64,000 nucleotides of DNA from Octopus vulgaris (lineage: Eukaryota): assembly GCA_951406725.2 (NCBI GenBank), contig OX597830.1, positions 10,912,001-10,976,000 on the forward strand, read 5' to 3'. Positions 27,010 to 41,686 of this stretch are shown piece after piece. Each line of letters opens with the position of its first letter. Positions within the stretch are counted from its first letter, which is position 1. Under the pieces are notes generated by a model. The model was not told the DNA's origin and did no database searches. It worked only from the letters and a program-made list of their open reading frames with translations. Position numbers and translations under genes: made by a program.

Positions 27010-28876
27010 TGGCTGTGTGGTAGGAAGTTTGTCTCCCAACTGCATGGTTCCGGTTTCAGTCTCATTACATGGCACCTTAGGCAAGTGTCTTCTGCTATAG
27101 CTTCACAGCTGACCAAAGTCCTGCAAATGGATTTCATAGACAAACACTGAAAGAAGCCTATTGCATGTGTGTGTCTGTGTATACACCCATATCATCATCA
27201 TCATCATTTAATGTCCGTTTTCCATGCTGGCATGGGTTGGACAGTTTGACTAAGGTCTGGAGAGCCAGTAGCTGCAGCAGGCTCCAATCTGATCTCTTAC
27301 TCTCTTTTACTCATATACTTATTTCAGTCATTTGACTGTGGCCATGCTGGAGCACCGCCTTTAGTCAATCAAGCAAATCGACCCCAGGAGCTATTCTTTG
27401 TAAGCCTAGTATGCACATGTACACATTCTTTGTAAGCCTACTACTTATTCTATCGGTCTCTTTTTGCCGAACCTCTAAGTTATGGGAACGTAAAAACACC
27501 AGCATCGGTTGTCAAGCGATGTTGGGTGGGGGGGACAAACACAGACACACATACATATATACAACGGGCTTCTTTCAGTTTCCATCTACCAAATCCACTC
27601 ACAAGGCTTTGGTCGGCCCGATGCTATAGTAGAAGACACTTGCCCAAGCTGCCACGCAGTGGGACTGAACCTGGAACCATGTGGTTGGTAAGCAAGCTAC
27701 TTACCACACATCCACTCCTACGCGATCTGGCAATGTTTCTACAACTGGATGCCCTTCCTAAAGCCAACCACTTCGAGTCTGTAGTGGGTGCTTTTTACGT
27801 GCTACTGGCACAGGAGCCAGTCAGGCAGACCTGGCATTGATCACGTCTGGACATATATTCATATATAGGCACAGGTATGGCTGTGTAGCAAGTAGTTTGT
27901 TTCCCAGCCACATGGTTCCAGGTTCAGTCCTACTGCATGAAATCTTGGACAAATGTCTTCTTATATAGCCTCGGGCTGACCAAAACCATGTGACTGGATT
28001 TGGTAGACAGAATCTGAAAGAAGCCTGTCATGTGTGTGTGTGTATGTGTGTGTGTGTGTGTTTATATTTATGTGTGTATCTTTGTGTCTATGTTTCTTCC
28101 CCCCACCACTGCTGGTGTGTTTATGTCCCCATACCTTAAGAGTTTGACAAAACAGACCAACACAATATAAGTGCCAGGCTTAAAAAAAAAAATGGACTGG
28201 GGTCAATTCATTTGGCTAAAATTCTTCAAGCCAATGCCCCAGAATGGCCACAGGCTAATGACAGAAACAAAAAAAAAACAGAAGGGAAAATAAAGAACCT
28301 TGAGTGACGCAGTAAAATAACTTCCTCGCTTGCTCGTTATCAAAATGGCATCTTCATTTAATTTGTGTTTCACTTGTTTTAGTCATTTTGCTGCGGCCAG
28401 GCTGGGGCAGTCATGAAGTGTTTAGTCAAGCAAATCAATTCCAACACATTTCTGTTTTGCTTTTTCTTTTTGGTGCAGGCGTGGCTATGTGGTAAGAAGC
28501 TTGCTTACCAACCGCATGCTTCCAGGTTCAGTCCCACTGTGTGGCACTTTGGGCAAGTGTCTTCTACTGTAGCCTTGGGCCAACCAAAGCCTTGTGAGTG
28601 GATTTGGTAAATGGAAACTAAAAGAAGCTCATCATATATATGTATGCATGTATGTATGTATGTATGTATTAGTGTGTGCGTGTGTGTTTTATCCACCCAC
28701 CATCGCTTGACGACTGATGTTGGTGTGTTTACAACCCATAACTTAGTGGTTCAGCAAAAGTGACCAATAAAATAAGTACTAGGCCTACAAAGAATAAGTC
28801 CTGGGTCAATTTGTTTGACTAAAGGCAGTGCTCCAGCATGGCTGCAGTCAAATAATAGAAACAAGTGCAAGAATAA
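27010..28876. mobile_element. SINE cluster: A(+) 27010-27180; C(-) 27191-27850 split by A(-) 27296-27723; A(+) 27868-28295; A(+) 28472-28876
   Basis: Family motifs are recognisable in each copy; GATCT is duplicated on either side of the nested copy. Confidence 0.85.
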
Positions 28877-28892
28877 GTCAGGTGCTATTCTA

Positions 28893-29156
28893 TCTGAGTA
28901 GGTATTGCTAAGCTTTTGGCAAAATTTGATGCAGATTTTCTGCTCAACTTTCTCTGTTATGGTTGATGTAACAATCACACACTACACACCTTCCTTCCAA
29001 GCACTGCTGTAAACAGTGGATGTGAGCTAAAACGTTAAAACTTAGGGTGCATGCACAACAGAGTTCAAGGTCAATTTTAACCAAGCAGCTTCACTCTGAG
29101 TGCTTTAGTGTCATTACTATGGCAACAGTCCAGATACTTAGTGATCAGACTATGTA
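28893..29156 (-). mobile_element. Mariner left end: terminal inverted repeat and transposase N-terminus
   Basis: The minus strand starts tacatagtctgatcactaagtatctggactg (mariner-like TIR) and encodes TEKVEQKICIKFCQKL (EQRxxIKFC motif). Confidence 0.8.
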
Positions 29157-30634
29157 TACATGTATGTGTTTATATGTCAAAACAGATGTGTGGTTACAAG
29201 TATATGTGCATGCATGTAATTCTATCATGTATGCTTTTGGTATAGTTTTGTAGAGTAGTTAAGAAGCTTGCATCTTAACCACAATGCCCTGGTTCAATCC
29301 CACCACCCACTAAACTAGAATGTAATTTATACATGAGGATGTATTTATACACAGAGCATATATAGTACATATGATCAAAATACAATTAAAGCAATTCCAG
29401 CTAAAATCATTTTTTTTTCCTGTGGTATACAGGGTAAAATTTGAAGGAGATGTAGCTACTATTTCTAGTAGACAGATATTGCAACCACATAAGAGTTCCC
29501 TTGTCAGGTAGTCAAACTCTAGTATGAGGACCCAGTGCACCAAGAGGTAACTACTGTACCTCAGAACCCAGATAGCCATCATTGTTGTCATCATCATCAT
29601 CATCCTCATCATCATTGTCATCAGCATCAATCATCATCATCATTGCCATCATCGTCATCATTATCATTGTCATCATCATCGTCATCATTATCATTGTCAT
29701 CATCTTCCTCATCATCGTCATCATTATCATCATCAATCATTAATGCAATTACTAGAATTCCTTTTGATCAAAGTCCAAAATAAATATAAAAATATGTAAT
29801 ATAAAACACACATACACACACAAAACACGTGTACACATACACACAAACACACACACATATAATTGGTTTCTTAACGCTTGTCCGTGAAACCATAAATTAA
29901 TTAGATAATTACACCTAGCAACATGTTCCTATTTAAATATTTCTACCCATTTCCTTGTCAGATACCAGTTCTTGTCACGATTCTTCATTCTTCATTCCCT
30001 TAATCTTTTACAATTCAAACCACCCACGTAAGTTTGGTTCTCCTCTCACAGTTCCATTATCTCAAAGACTTTCGTTTTTCCCTTTATCAACCAGTTCACG
30101 TTGCTCATTAAATTCTCCAGACACATTAGAAATACATCCATATTCATTTCAGCAATTAGATTCCTATTACACAACTGCCATCGCTGTCTCCACAGCTACC
30201 ATCATCTTGATTCCATTTCCATCATGTTTTGCTTCAAGTTCTGCATGTTTTCCTCTTCTGCCATCTCAGACTCCAACAGCTACGAAGAAATCCTCAAACA
30301 CCCATCGCACATGCTTTGTACAATCGTTGTCAAAAGCAGATAAATGCTCCACACATCTTTTCAACACCATACGGTTTACACGACAACCAGACTTCTCCGT
30401 CAACACATGCAAACATACACACATGCATGCATATGCATGCACATGCCTGCACACATACATGCATACACACACAAGTCTGCTCAGCTGCCAATGTCTCGTT
30501 CTGCAATATCATTCTGTCCCCAGGTCATGGCATTTATTTACCATTTTTACTTTGCTTACAATTTCAGTACGTATTCGTTACATGTGAGAACAAGTGTGTA
30601 CATGCATGTGTGCATTATGTGTATCTTATATATT

Positions 30635-30681
<47 letters not shown>

Positions 30682-30791
30682 GTACATATGTAAACATAAA
30701 TATATATACACCTACACAGACATATATATACACAAATATACAAGAATATATTATATATATATATACAAATACATATATACGCACATGTAAC

Positions 30792-30824
<33 letters not shown>

Positions 30825-31761
30825 AAACACATACATACATATATATATATGCACATATATATGTGTATACACACATACATATATTCATACATAAAAACAT
30901 ATAAACACACATCTATCTATATATATATATACATATATATACTTATATATATGCATATATATACATATATACATATATATACATATGCATATATATATAC
31001 ATACATATATATATATATATACATATATATATATGCATATATATATACATAAATATATACATATACATATATATACATACATACATATATACATAAATAT
31101 ATACATATACATATATATACATACATACATATATATATATACATATACATATATATACATACATACATACATATATATATACATATATATACATACATAC
31201 ATACATATATATATACATATATACACATATATATATACATATACATATATATATACATACATATACATACATAAATATATATATATATACATCTATACAA
31301 ACATACACATACATTTATATATATATATATATATATATACACATAATAACATGAAAGCAAGTTTGCATACATGCAAACAAGAGATTTATTTTTTACCAAA
31401 ACAGCTAATTCTGTGGAATGTAAATTGCTTATTTCCTTATAAGGGAATGAATACTTATTTTGCTTACAGAGCACCCATTATTATCATTATCATTCTTATC
31501 ATCATCAATATTTGGGAAAACAGCAAGTGGTTCATGTTAACCCTCCCATTAAGCTTCATTCTTTAAAGCCCATGATATTACAGGTATTTAGTTTGCCAAT
31601 ACTAGAATTGTAGAGTTAACTCAATCAAAGATATGGAGTAACATCATGGTACTATAAGAAAATCAATTTCAATTTTTACCAACCATACCAAATGGGAAAT
31701 AATCGATTATACCTTTATTTGTATATTCTTTCACTAGGTGCACAAGACTGAATAACCTTTG

Positions 31762-32066
31762 CAGTACCCCTAGCAGTTCCTTTAAGTACCCTAGCAGTCT
31801 CTTTAAGTACCCCTAGCAGTCTCTTGAAGTACCCCTAGCAGTCTCTTTAAGTATCCCTAGCAGTCTCTTTAAGTACCCCTAACAGTCTCTTTAAGTACTC
31901 CGAGCAGTCTCTTTAAGTACCCCTAGCAGTCTCTTTAAGTACCCCTAGCTGTCTCTTTAAGTACCCCAAGCATTCTCTTTAAGTACTCCGAGCAGTCTCT
32001 TTAAGTACCCCTAGCAGTCTCTTTAAGTACCCCTAGCAGTCTCTTTAAGTACCCTTAGCAGTCTCT
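31762..32066. repeat. 22-bp minisatellite (aagtacccctagcagtctcttt)n, ~14 copies
   Basis: Tandem units directly visible. Confidence 0.93.
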
Positions 32067-32129
32067 TGTTCCATCAGGTGAGCTGACATAAAGAGCAATC
32101 ATCTGAAATACTAGGTCCAACCTGCCTGA

Positions 32130-33600
32130 GATTAACCCTGGTTCAATGAGAAAAGCTTCTTGTTTTAAAGAAATCCAAATTAAAACCTTGTGTCAAAATT
32201 TCATGGAAACAGGTTCCAAACACCCGCCTAATGATGGCAAGCTTATTTTACTAAATTCTTCATTATTTTCAAAGTTAAATCAACCAAAAGCAGTGTTTTT
32301 CAACAGAAATGCGGTAACAAAATGGTTACAATGAACCTTCCATGAAAATTTCCAGCTAATTTATGTTCCAAATAATGGCAAGGTTATTTTAATAAATTCT
32401 TCAATATTTCTGGAATCAATTGAAGCACAGAATAATTGCGATACACAGATATTGTTTTTGAGCTGAGTTGGGGTGCTAGATTCCCTTGTTTGAAAATATA
32501 AGGACACAGATCATGTCGTATAGCCAGCTGGAGACCATGTCTCCTGGGGCTAAATTACAGCAACATTTGTCCTAAACCAGGACTGCCATATTATGTTGGC
32601 AAATAATCTTTACTCCACAAGCAATGTATTTCAACAAAAGGATTAAAGTGAGCAAATAACACTGCCATAAAAATTTCTTGATAATTTATGTTCCAAACAT
32701 TGGATTAATAATAAACAAAGTTACTTTACCAGAGTCTTTTCAAAGTTAATCCAACCAAAAGCAGTGTAATTCAACAGGAATATTGTAACAAAATGGTTAA
32801 AGTGATTCAAGTCAAAACCTTTCTTCAGAATTTTATGTTTATTTATGTTCCAAGCACCAGCTTAATAACGGTAAAGTTATTTTCTTAAAATTCTGCATTA
32901 CTTTCAAAATAGAAACAAAAGAAGTGTATTTCAAAAGAGACATTCTAACAAAAGTGTTAATGTGATCTAAATTAAAACAATTCATCAAAATTGTATGCTA
33001 ATTAATGTTCCAAACACTAGCTTCATAATGACTAAGTTACTTTGGTAAATTCTTCATTATTTGCAATACTGAAACAAAGGCAGTGTATGTCTACAGAATT
33101 ATCATACCAAAAGTGTTAAAACCTTTTACCAAAGTTTCTTTTTGATTCTGTGTTCAGAACACCAGTTTAGTATCTCTTTTACTATTTTTCCACGTTTCAG
33201 TCATTTGACTGTGGCCATGCTGGAGCATAGCCTTTAGGCGAAGAAATCGATCCCCAGGACTTATTCTTTGTAAGCCTAGAGCTATCGGTCTCTTTTGCGG
33301 AACCGCTAAATTTTGGGAACATAAACACACCAACATCAGTTGTCAAGTGAAGGTGGGGAGACAAACACAGATACAAAGACACACACACACATAAATATAT
33401 AAATACATACAAACACACACACACACACATATATACATATATACACGACAGGCTTCTTTCAGTTTCCATCTACCAAATCTACTCACAACGCCTTGGTCAG
33501 CCCAAGGCTATAGTAGAAGACACTTGCCCATTAATTATTCGAAATTAATTAATTGAAATAAAAGCAGTGTATTTTGACAGATGTATGGTAACAAAATGGC
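32130..33600 (+). repeat. Diverged tandem array of ~140-bp units related to the TTAA MITE, interrupted by family A SINE (33175-33530, minus)
   Basis: Recurrent ttatgttccaaacac..gttattttactaaattctt..aaagcagtgtatttcaacagaaat..gtaacaaaa(t/g)ggttaa. Confidence 0.75.
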
Positions 33601-34109
33601 GAAGGACTTCCCAAGACTATCACTATTTATTGCCAGTGAAAGAAGGTTGGATTTGATCTCAGGATACACTGGGTCAAAGCAGATTGCTTTATCAATAAAG
33701 CCAAAGTACAACTCAGCATTGGTATTGAGTGGTAGAATTCACTAAGGCAGAAGCAGAACTTGGAATCTTTTGTCAGTTATCTTTCACTTGCTTCAATCAT
33801 TAGACTGTGGCCATGCTGAGGCAATGCCTTGAAGAATTTTTATGAAAACTGTTCATGGTTATTAATGACAGAGAAAGCAGGAAAAGGTGAGAACACCTTA
33901 TGACAAACTGACAAACAGAATTCTGTGTAGTGCCCAAGGTAGTTTTGCTTAGGAACTCAAAATCCCAGCTTTTATAACATTCCATAGAACTTCTAGAAAA
34001 TTCAACCAGAGTATTTGGCAGGAGAAATTTCAGTTCATTTAGTTATACACCTGCCAATCTGATTGGCTGAACCATGTTCACATAAGTATTAATGCTTTTT
34101 ATGGAGATA

Positions 34110-34500
34110 AAGCTTTTCTAAACTAACCTTGTCTTTTATAGCTGTTAGGTAGATCATGATCTCAAGAATCCAGTTTCTCTAGTGAGTTCCTCTACATATG
34201 TTGTGTTCAGGTGACCTGCTCGTGTACAGCCATTCTTTGGCATTAATAACAATAAGTCACTTGCCTGTTCTAGTTTAGCTCACCAGCAATGTCCCACAAT
34301 GCACAAGTGTTTCCTTTATAAGAGTGGAAACAAAGCGGAAATCTCCATACAGCTGTCTCTTGGCAGGATGAGTTCTCCAAAATATGTTTTAGACTGTTCT
34401 TAAGATTCATGTGTAAATTCCATCTTGTTTGGATTCTAGTTTTTTTGGCAAGCATCCACTGTTGCTCTGTATAAAAAGACTGACTCTACTGTTGCACATC
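34110..34500 (-). pseudogene. Old RTE/RTEX-clade LINE C-terminal fragment
   Basis: Minus strand gives ESVFLY..KKLESKQDGIYT*ILRTV*NIFWRTHPAKRQLYG..HCW*AK..SDLLLMPKNG..TTYVEELTRETG, with frameshifts. Confidence 0.72.
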
Positions 34501-34613
34501 AAGAAAAGACATCAAGCCATAGAAGCCATGCCAAAGTAGGTAGTGGCACCGAATTCAGTCTTGGGACACATTAGATTGTTGTCAAACAGTGCAACCTGTG
34601 CCAGTATGGAACA

Positions 34614-35232
34614 TCATCATCATTGTCATGTAACATCTGCTTTCCATGCTGGCATGGGTTGGACGGTTTGACTGAGGACTGGTAAGCCAGTAGGCTTCTA
34701 CAGCTGGATGACCTTCCTAACGCCAACCACTCTGAGAGTGTAGTGGGTGCTTTTACATGCCACCGGAACGAGGGTCAGTTAGGCAGTTCTGGCAATGACC
34801 ACGCTCAAAAGGTGTTTTTACATGCCACCTACACAGGAGCCAGTCCGGCGGCACTGGTAATGACCACACTTGAATGTTGTTTTTCATGTGCTACCGTGGC
34901 AACGCTACCGTAAGGCGACGCTGGCAACAATCACACTTGAATGATGCTTTTCATGTGTCACTGGCACGGGAGCCAATACGTGGCCCTGGCAACGATCACG
35001 CTCAGATGTGCTTTTGACGCTCCACTGGCACAAGTGCCAATCAGGTGGTACTGTCATCGGACACGTCAGCGATTTTGATTTGTTTACACTTGCCTCAATA
35101 GGTTTTCACAAGCAAAGTTCATTGTCCAGTGAATGAGGGGTACTCATTAGTGGGCCAGTTACACCCAAAATTCAGATGTGCTTTGAACGTTCCACTGGCA
35201 CGACTGCCAATCAGGCGGTACTGTCATCGGCC
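34614..35232 (-). mobile_element. Family C SINE-like element with expanded internal repeats
   Basis: (CAT)n tail, core motif and at least 6 internal units. Confidence 0.85.
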
Positions 35233-36011
35233 ACACAAATGCAAAATGCAATGATGATGATGAGCATCATCCTCATGATACTAGAAGAAAGGAAACACCA
35301 ATTCAAAACGTCTATTTCTTGGTTAAATTCTTCCCAGCCAAGATATTGAGAAATATCCTAAAGAAAACAGTTTTGTTACACACACTTCCGGCAGTAATGA
35401 TCAACAGATATTGTCTTAGCGAAGGTCATTATCAAGAGAATGATCTGTAAATATAGTTTTAGACTTTGCAAGAAAATGAAAAAGAAAGACAAAAATCCAA
35501 CACACACACAAACACACACACACACACACACACACATGCAAATATGGACAGAAACGCTTATATGTACACATGCACACACATACATAACAAAACCGAACCC
35601 TTCTCCATCCCACAAAAATAAATAAATACAACTCCCTGATTAGCTTCAGATAGGGCACACATATATATATATATATGTATGTATATATAGATATGTTTGC
35701 ATGTATGTTGTGTATGTATGTTTATGTATGTATGTATGTATAAATATGTATGTATGTATATATGTATGTATGTATAGATATATGTATGTATGTATACATG
35801 TGTATGTATGTGTGTGTGTATGCATATATATATTTATCTAAGTGTATTTATCTAAATATATATATGCATACACACACACACATACATACACATATATACA
35901 TACATACATATATCTATACATACATACATATATACATACATATTTATACATACATACATACATAAACATACATACACAACATACATGCAAACATATCTAT
36001 ATATACATACA

Positions 36012-36061
<50 letters not shown>

Positions 36062-36313
36062 GGGACATACACACACATCCTCATTGTTTAATGCCAATGT
36101 TCCATATTGGCATGGGTTGGACACACACAAATAAATATTTACATATATAAACATACATAGATACATAAACATATATGTGTGTGTGTGTGCATGTAGATAT
36201 ACATATATATATACACATACACACACTCCCACGCATACATGTATATCCATACACATACACACACATATACACACACAATATATATATACACATACAGACA
36301 TATATATATATCA

Positions 36314-36353
<40 letters not shown>

Positions 36354-36402
36354 ATACATACATATATATCCATACATACATATATATATATATTCATATA
36401 TC

Positions 36403-36443
<41 letters not shown>

Positions 36444-36798
36444 CCATACATGCATACATACACTTATATATATATAATGTATGTATATGTATATGTTTGT
36501 GTGTGAATCATGTATATATATATACACACACACATATATATGTATATCGTCAAAAGTATTTTCAACAGAAACACAAATGAAAGGAAGAATGTGAGCGAAG
36601 GAATGTTTGTTTTGCTTTGCTGTCATCCTTAGAGACAAGATAAACAGTTTCAGACGGAACAACACCAATTTTGGAACAACAGATTTCTTCAATCAGAAAT
36701 GTCAAGTACACGATTCCTGCAAGAGAGCAAATTAGGAACACATTCTTAAATGTATTTCTTTGAATAAATAATAGAAATTTACTTGATACACCCAGGCA

Positions 36799-36836
<38 letters not shown>

Positions 36837-37431
36837 TGCATGCATTTATGTATGTAGATGTATATCAGGTGTTTACAGTTGTTCATATATATATATACCC
36901 ACGTGTGTGTATGTATATATACATATATGTATGTATGTACATATGTGTACATGTATGTATATATATATATATATATGTGTGTGTGTATATGTATATATGT
37001 ATGTGTATGTAGTATTTTGTTTCGTTTATGTATGTATACGTATATACCCACATGTGTGTATATGTATGTGTGTATACATATATATATATATCGTGCTAGC
37101 ACGGAAAACGGACGTTAAACGATGATGATGATGATGATATATATATATATAATAATATAAATAATATATGAATATATGCATAAAAGCATACATATATGTA
37201 CATACCTACATATATATGTATATATACATGCATATATGGTTATATATATATATATAGGTTTGTCTGTATATGTGAGTACGTATGTGTATATTTGGATATG
37301 TGTAGGTGTGTATACATACATACACACATGTATACGTGCATGTATGTATGTATGCATGCATGTATGTATGTCATTGCAGATCATTAAATTGTATGAAAGG
37401 AGTGTCAGGCACAAATTAAAACAAAACAAAA

Positions 37432-37484
<53 letters not shown>

Positions 37485-38194
37485 AACTAAATAAAGATAA
37501 AAACAAAAAATACACTTTTTTTCCCCTGTTAGCAATATTCTAACTTTTTTTTTTTCCTTTGAAAAAGCCCAGGATGATGAATAAATTCTGTTCAACCAAT
37601 CAATTTTAATTATTTTTTTTCCAATTTTATTTTTATATTTTATTATTTTGTTTAGTTTTTTTTTTTTTTTTTTTGCATTTAATATTATTTTTAATGAAGT
37701 TAAAATGGTCATTAGCAGCGCCTAAGTCCATATGGAGTGTAAGTGTTGTTATGTTCTATGAAATTTTGTTTTTGTTAATCGCTGGAAAATAATCTACTGC
37801 TGCCGCTGCTACTACTACTGCTACTACTAATATTACTACCAACATTACCACCACCACCATCAGTACAACTACTACCAACACCACCACTACCACTATTACC
37901 ACACTGCCACCACTACTATTATCACCACTGCTACTAATACTACCACCATCACCACTACCTTGTCTACTACTACTACTAATACTAGTAAGTCTCTGGTTGA
38001 TTTCAGTAATGAATACTTAATTGTCCAATCAATTAAGCTACCTGATAATTAAATTAGCATGCCATTGGCTGAGTATTCCAAAACCACAATAACCCTTAAT
38101 GCTTATCTCAGAAACGGAATCAAGTGCAAACTGTCTGACAAGGTTCCTTATAGTTTCTTTCTCCCCAATTTCACTAAAAGTCTATTGATGTGCA

Positions 38195-38480
38195 GAAAGA
38201 AAGAAAGGAGGAGAGAAAGAGTGAAAGGAAAAAAAAAAAGGAAAGTAACGAAAGAAAGAATGAAAGAAATAACGAAAGAAACAACGAACAAAGGAATGAA
38301 AGAAAGAACAAAAGAAAGAACGAAAGAGGGAATGAAATTAAGAATGAAAGAACAACAGAAGGAAGGAAAGAAAGAGAAGAAAGAATGGAAAAGGAAAAAA
38401 GAAAGGAAGAAAGAAAAGAAAAGAAAGAAAAAGAAAAAAAGAAAGAAGGAAAGAAAGAAAGAAAGAAAGAAAGATAGAAA
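38195..38480. repeat. (GAAA)n purine-rich low-complexity tract
   Basis: Directly visible. Confidence 0.9.
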
Positions 38481-39145
38481 GTCTTTTGATGGACTGTTTC
38501 ATAGGGTTGTTGACCAGCCCTCATCACAGATGTACCTGACCTCCTTGGCCAATCAGCATAAATCAGCTTCTGTATAAAGCAGTCCTAAATTAAGTTAGCA
38601 CCATGGTGGATAGCCTAATTTGCTAATATATGTGCTTCTGACAACTTCTCGTTAATTAAACGATATCGATTCGACACCAAGGCACAGCATAAATAAGAAA
38701 AACAGTAATAAAATTAAACATAGGTATGGAACATAGACGTAGTCACGGCTGTATGGTAAGAAGTTTGCTTCTCAACCATATGGTTCCAGGTTCAACCCCA
38801 TTAGATGGTACCTTGGGCAGGCGTCTCTTCCTCTAGCTAGCCCCAGGCTGACCAAATCTTGGAGTCCGGTGGGAAAACAGTTTTAGGTCTGCTTGGCCAG
38901 GTTTGTCCTTTCACGAAAGAACCATGGCCAAAACAATATTTGGAATGGTAGAATTACGAGAGTCTGATGAAAATACCAATTCCTACTGCTATACTATTCT
39001 GTTTAATTCTTCAGCATCTGTGTCAACATAAATAAGAGATTGACAAGAATTTTTATATTTTTTTTGTGCAATACAGGTTCCGCACAAATTCATTATAGAT
39101 TCACTTTTAATCTTGTACAGAATCACCAGCAGCGGCAGCAGCAGT

Positions 39146-39223
39146 ATCAATGATGATAATAATAATAATAATGATGATGATAATATAATAATAACAATAA
39201 TAATGATAATAATAATAATAATA

Positions 39224-39264
<41 letters not shown>

Positions 39265-39727
39265 AATAATAATAATGATAATAATAGTAATAATAATGAT
39301 GATAATAATAATAATGATAATAATAATAATAATAATAATAATGATGATGATAATAATAATAATAATAATGATGATAATAATAATAATAATAATAATAATA
39401 ATAGTAATAATAATAATAATGCTAATAATAATAATAATAGTAATAATAATAATAATAATAGTAATGGTAATAATAATAATAATAATGATAATAATAATAA
39501 TAATAATAATAATGATGATAATAATAATAATAATGATGATGATGATGATGATGATGATAATAATAATAATAATAATGATAATAATAGTAATAATAATAAT
39601 GATAATAATAATAATAATGATGATAATAATAATAATAATAATAGTAATAATAATAATAATGCTAATAATAATAGTAATAATAATAATAATAATAGTAATG
39701 GTAATAATAATAATAATAATAATAATG

Positions 39728-39791
<64 letters not shown>

Positions 39792-39901
39792 TAATAATAA
39801 TAATAATAATGATGATGATGATAATAATAATAATAATAATGATAATAATAGTAATAATAATGATGATAATAATAATAATAATGATAATAATAATAATAAT
39901 G

Positions 39902-39940
<39 letters not shown>

Positions 39941-40037
39941 GTAATGGTAATAATAATAATAATAATAATGATAATAATAATAATAATAATAATGATAATA
40001 ATAATAATGATAATAATGATAATAATGATAATAATAA
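39146..40037. repeat. Giant (ATA/ATG)n microsatellite (~890 bp)
   Basis: Directly visible; source of the poly-I and poly-Y ORFs. Confidence 0.97.
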
Positions 40038-40958
40038 GCAAAGAAAAATATATTTGTGTTTTTCAATTCTGAACCAGTTTTGTAGTTCTTAAGATCATCC
40101 AAAATTCTGTTATGTGTGACAGGTAGGGAGGTGTGTAGGGGGAGAGAGAGGGGGAGTGGAGGAGGGAAGAAGATATCACAAGGCCTGTGTGATATCTTCA
40201 GTTTGATGCCATCTGCCAGACAAATATTTGTTTGAAATATTTTACATATTCTTTAAATGTTTTATAAGCAAACACACACACACACACACACGCTCATGTA
40301 CACACACGTAGACATGCAACATGCTTATACACAAACTCACACACAGATATGCTCTCGCACACACCTTCACACACATATATACATTTACACACATCCACAC
40401 ACATATACACTTACACACGCACACACTTACACACACACATCCATCCACTTGTTTACACACACACACACACATCCACACACATATATATACACACTTACAC
40501 ACACACATCCATCTACTTGCTTACACACACACACATCCACACACATATATACACTTACACACACACACACACACACACATCCACACTCATATATACACTT
40601 GCTTACACACACACATCCACACTCATATATACACATACTTACACACACAACACACAAACACACACACACACACACAAACACACTTATATATACACTTGCT
40701 TAAGCACGCACACACATCCACACTCATATATACACTTACACAAACACACAACACACGCACACACAACACACACATCCACACTCACATAAACACTTACACA
40801 CACATCCACACTCACATAAACACTTACACACACATCCACACACACACACAACACGCACACACAGATATCAATGCACACATGTGTATGTGATAAAGGGGGG
40901 TGTCCTAAAAGTAGGACATTTTGAGGGGCAGGAGAGTTATTTCTCAATCTGGGGTATA

Positions 40959-41362
40959 GGCGTAGGCGTGGCTGTGTGGTAAGAAGTTCAATTCCTAACC
41001 ACATGGATCCAAGTTCAGTCCCACTGCATGGCACCTTGAGCAAGTGTCTTCTACTACAGCCTCGGGCCGACGAAAGCCTTGCGAGTGGATTTAGCAAACG
41101 GAAACTGAAAGAAGCCCATCATGCATGCACACGTGTGTGTGTGCGTGTGTGTGTGTCTTTGAGTCTGCGTTTCTCCCCCATCACCGCTTGACAATGCTGT
41201 TGATGTATTTTCATCTCCGAAACTCAATGGTTCAGCAAAAAAACCCTGACAGAATAAGGACCAAACTTGCAAAAAAACAAGCGCAGGGGTTGATTCAAAA
41301 ATTTCTTCGAGGTGGTGCCCCAGCATGGCCATAGTCTGATGACTGAAACAAGTAAGAGATAA
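40959..41362 (+). mobile_element. Family A SINE (diverged)
   Basis: Head, CORE-like motif and tail present. Confidence 0.87.
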
Positions 41363-41588
41363 GGGTGTGTTCTACCAAGTACCTTAGCATGCAGTTTTAT
41401 CTTCATTTGTGCAATTTATAGGGTGCAACTACGGCTGGTTAAAATGTCCCCTTTGCATTCAAATGGTTCCAGGTTTAATCCTAATGTGAAGTATCTCACG
41501 CATGGGTCCTCATATGAAATAAAAGCTCGCAAAGCTCTCTTAGGAATGGTTTAAAATGTGGATTGTCAAATTATATTAACAAACTCCC

Positions 41589-41686
41589 TACCATCAGATA
41601 CCCTCTGAGTACCATCAGATACCCTCTGGGTACCATCAGATACCCTCTGGGTACCATCAGATGCCATCTGGGTACTATCAGATACC
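41589..41686. repeat. 21-bp tandem repeat (taccatcagataccctctggg)n, ~4.5 copies
   Basis: Directly visible; runs into an RTE fragment. Confidence 0.88.

Noticed and set aside
31762-32066. CRISPR-like periodicity, also at 9126-9414 and 59500-60122
   Set aside because: Units are contiguous with no unique spacers, there are no cas genes, and the context is eukaryotic.
38059-38577. Lys/Glu-rich 172-aa ORF
   Set aside because: Mostly a (GAAA)n low-complexity tract.
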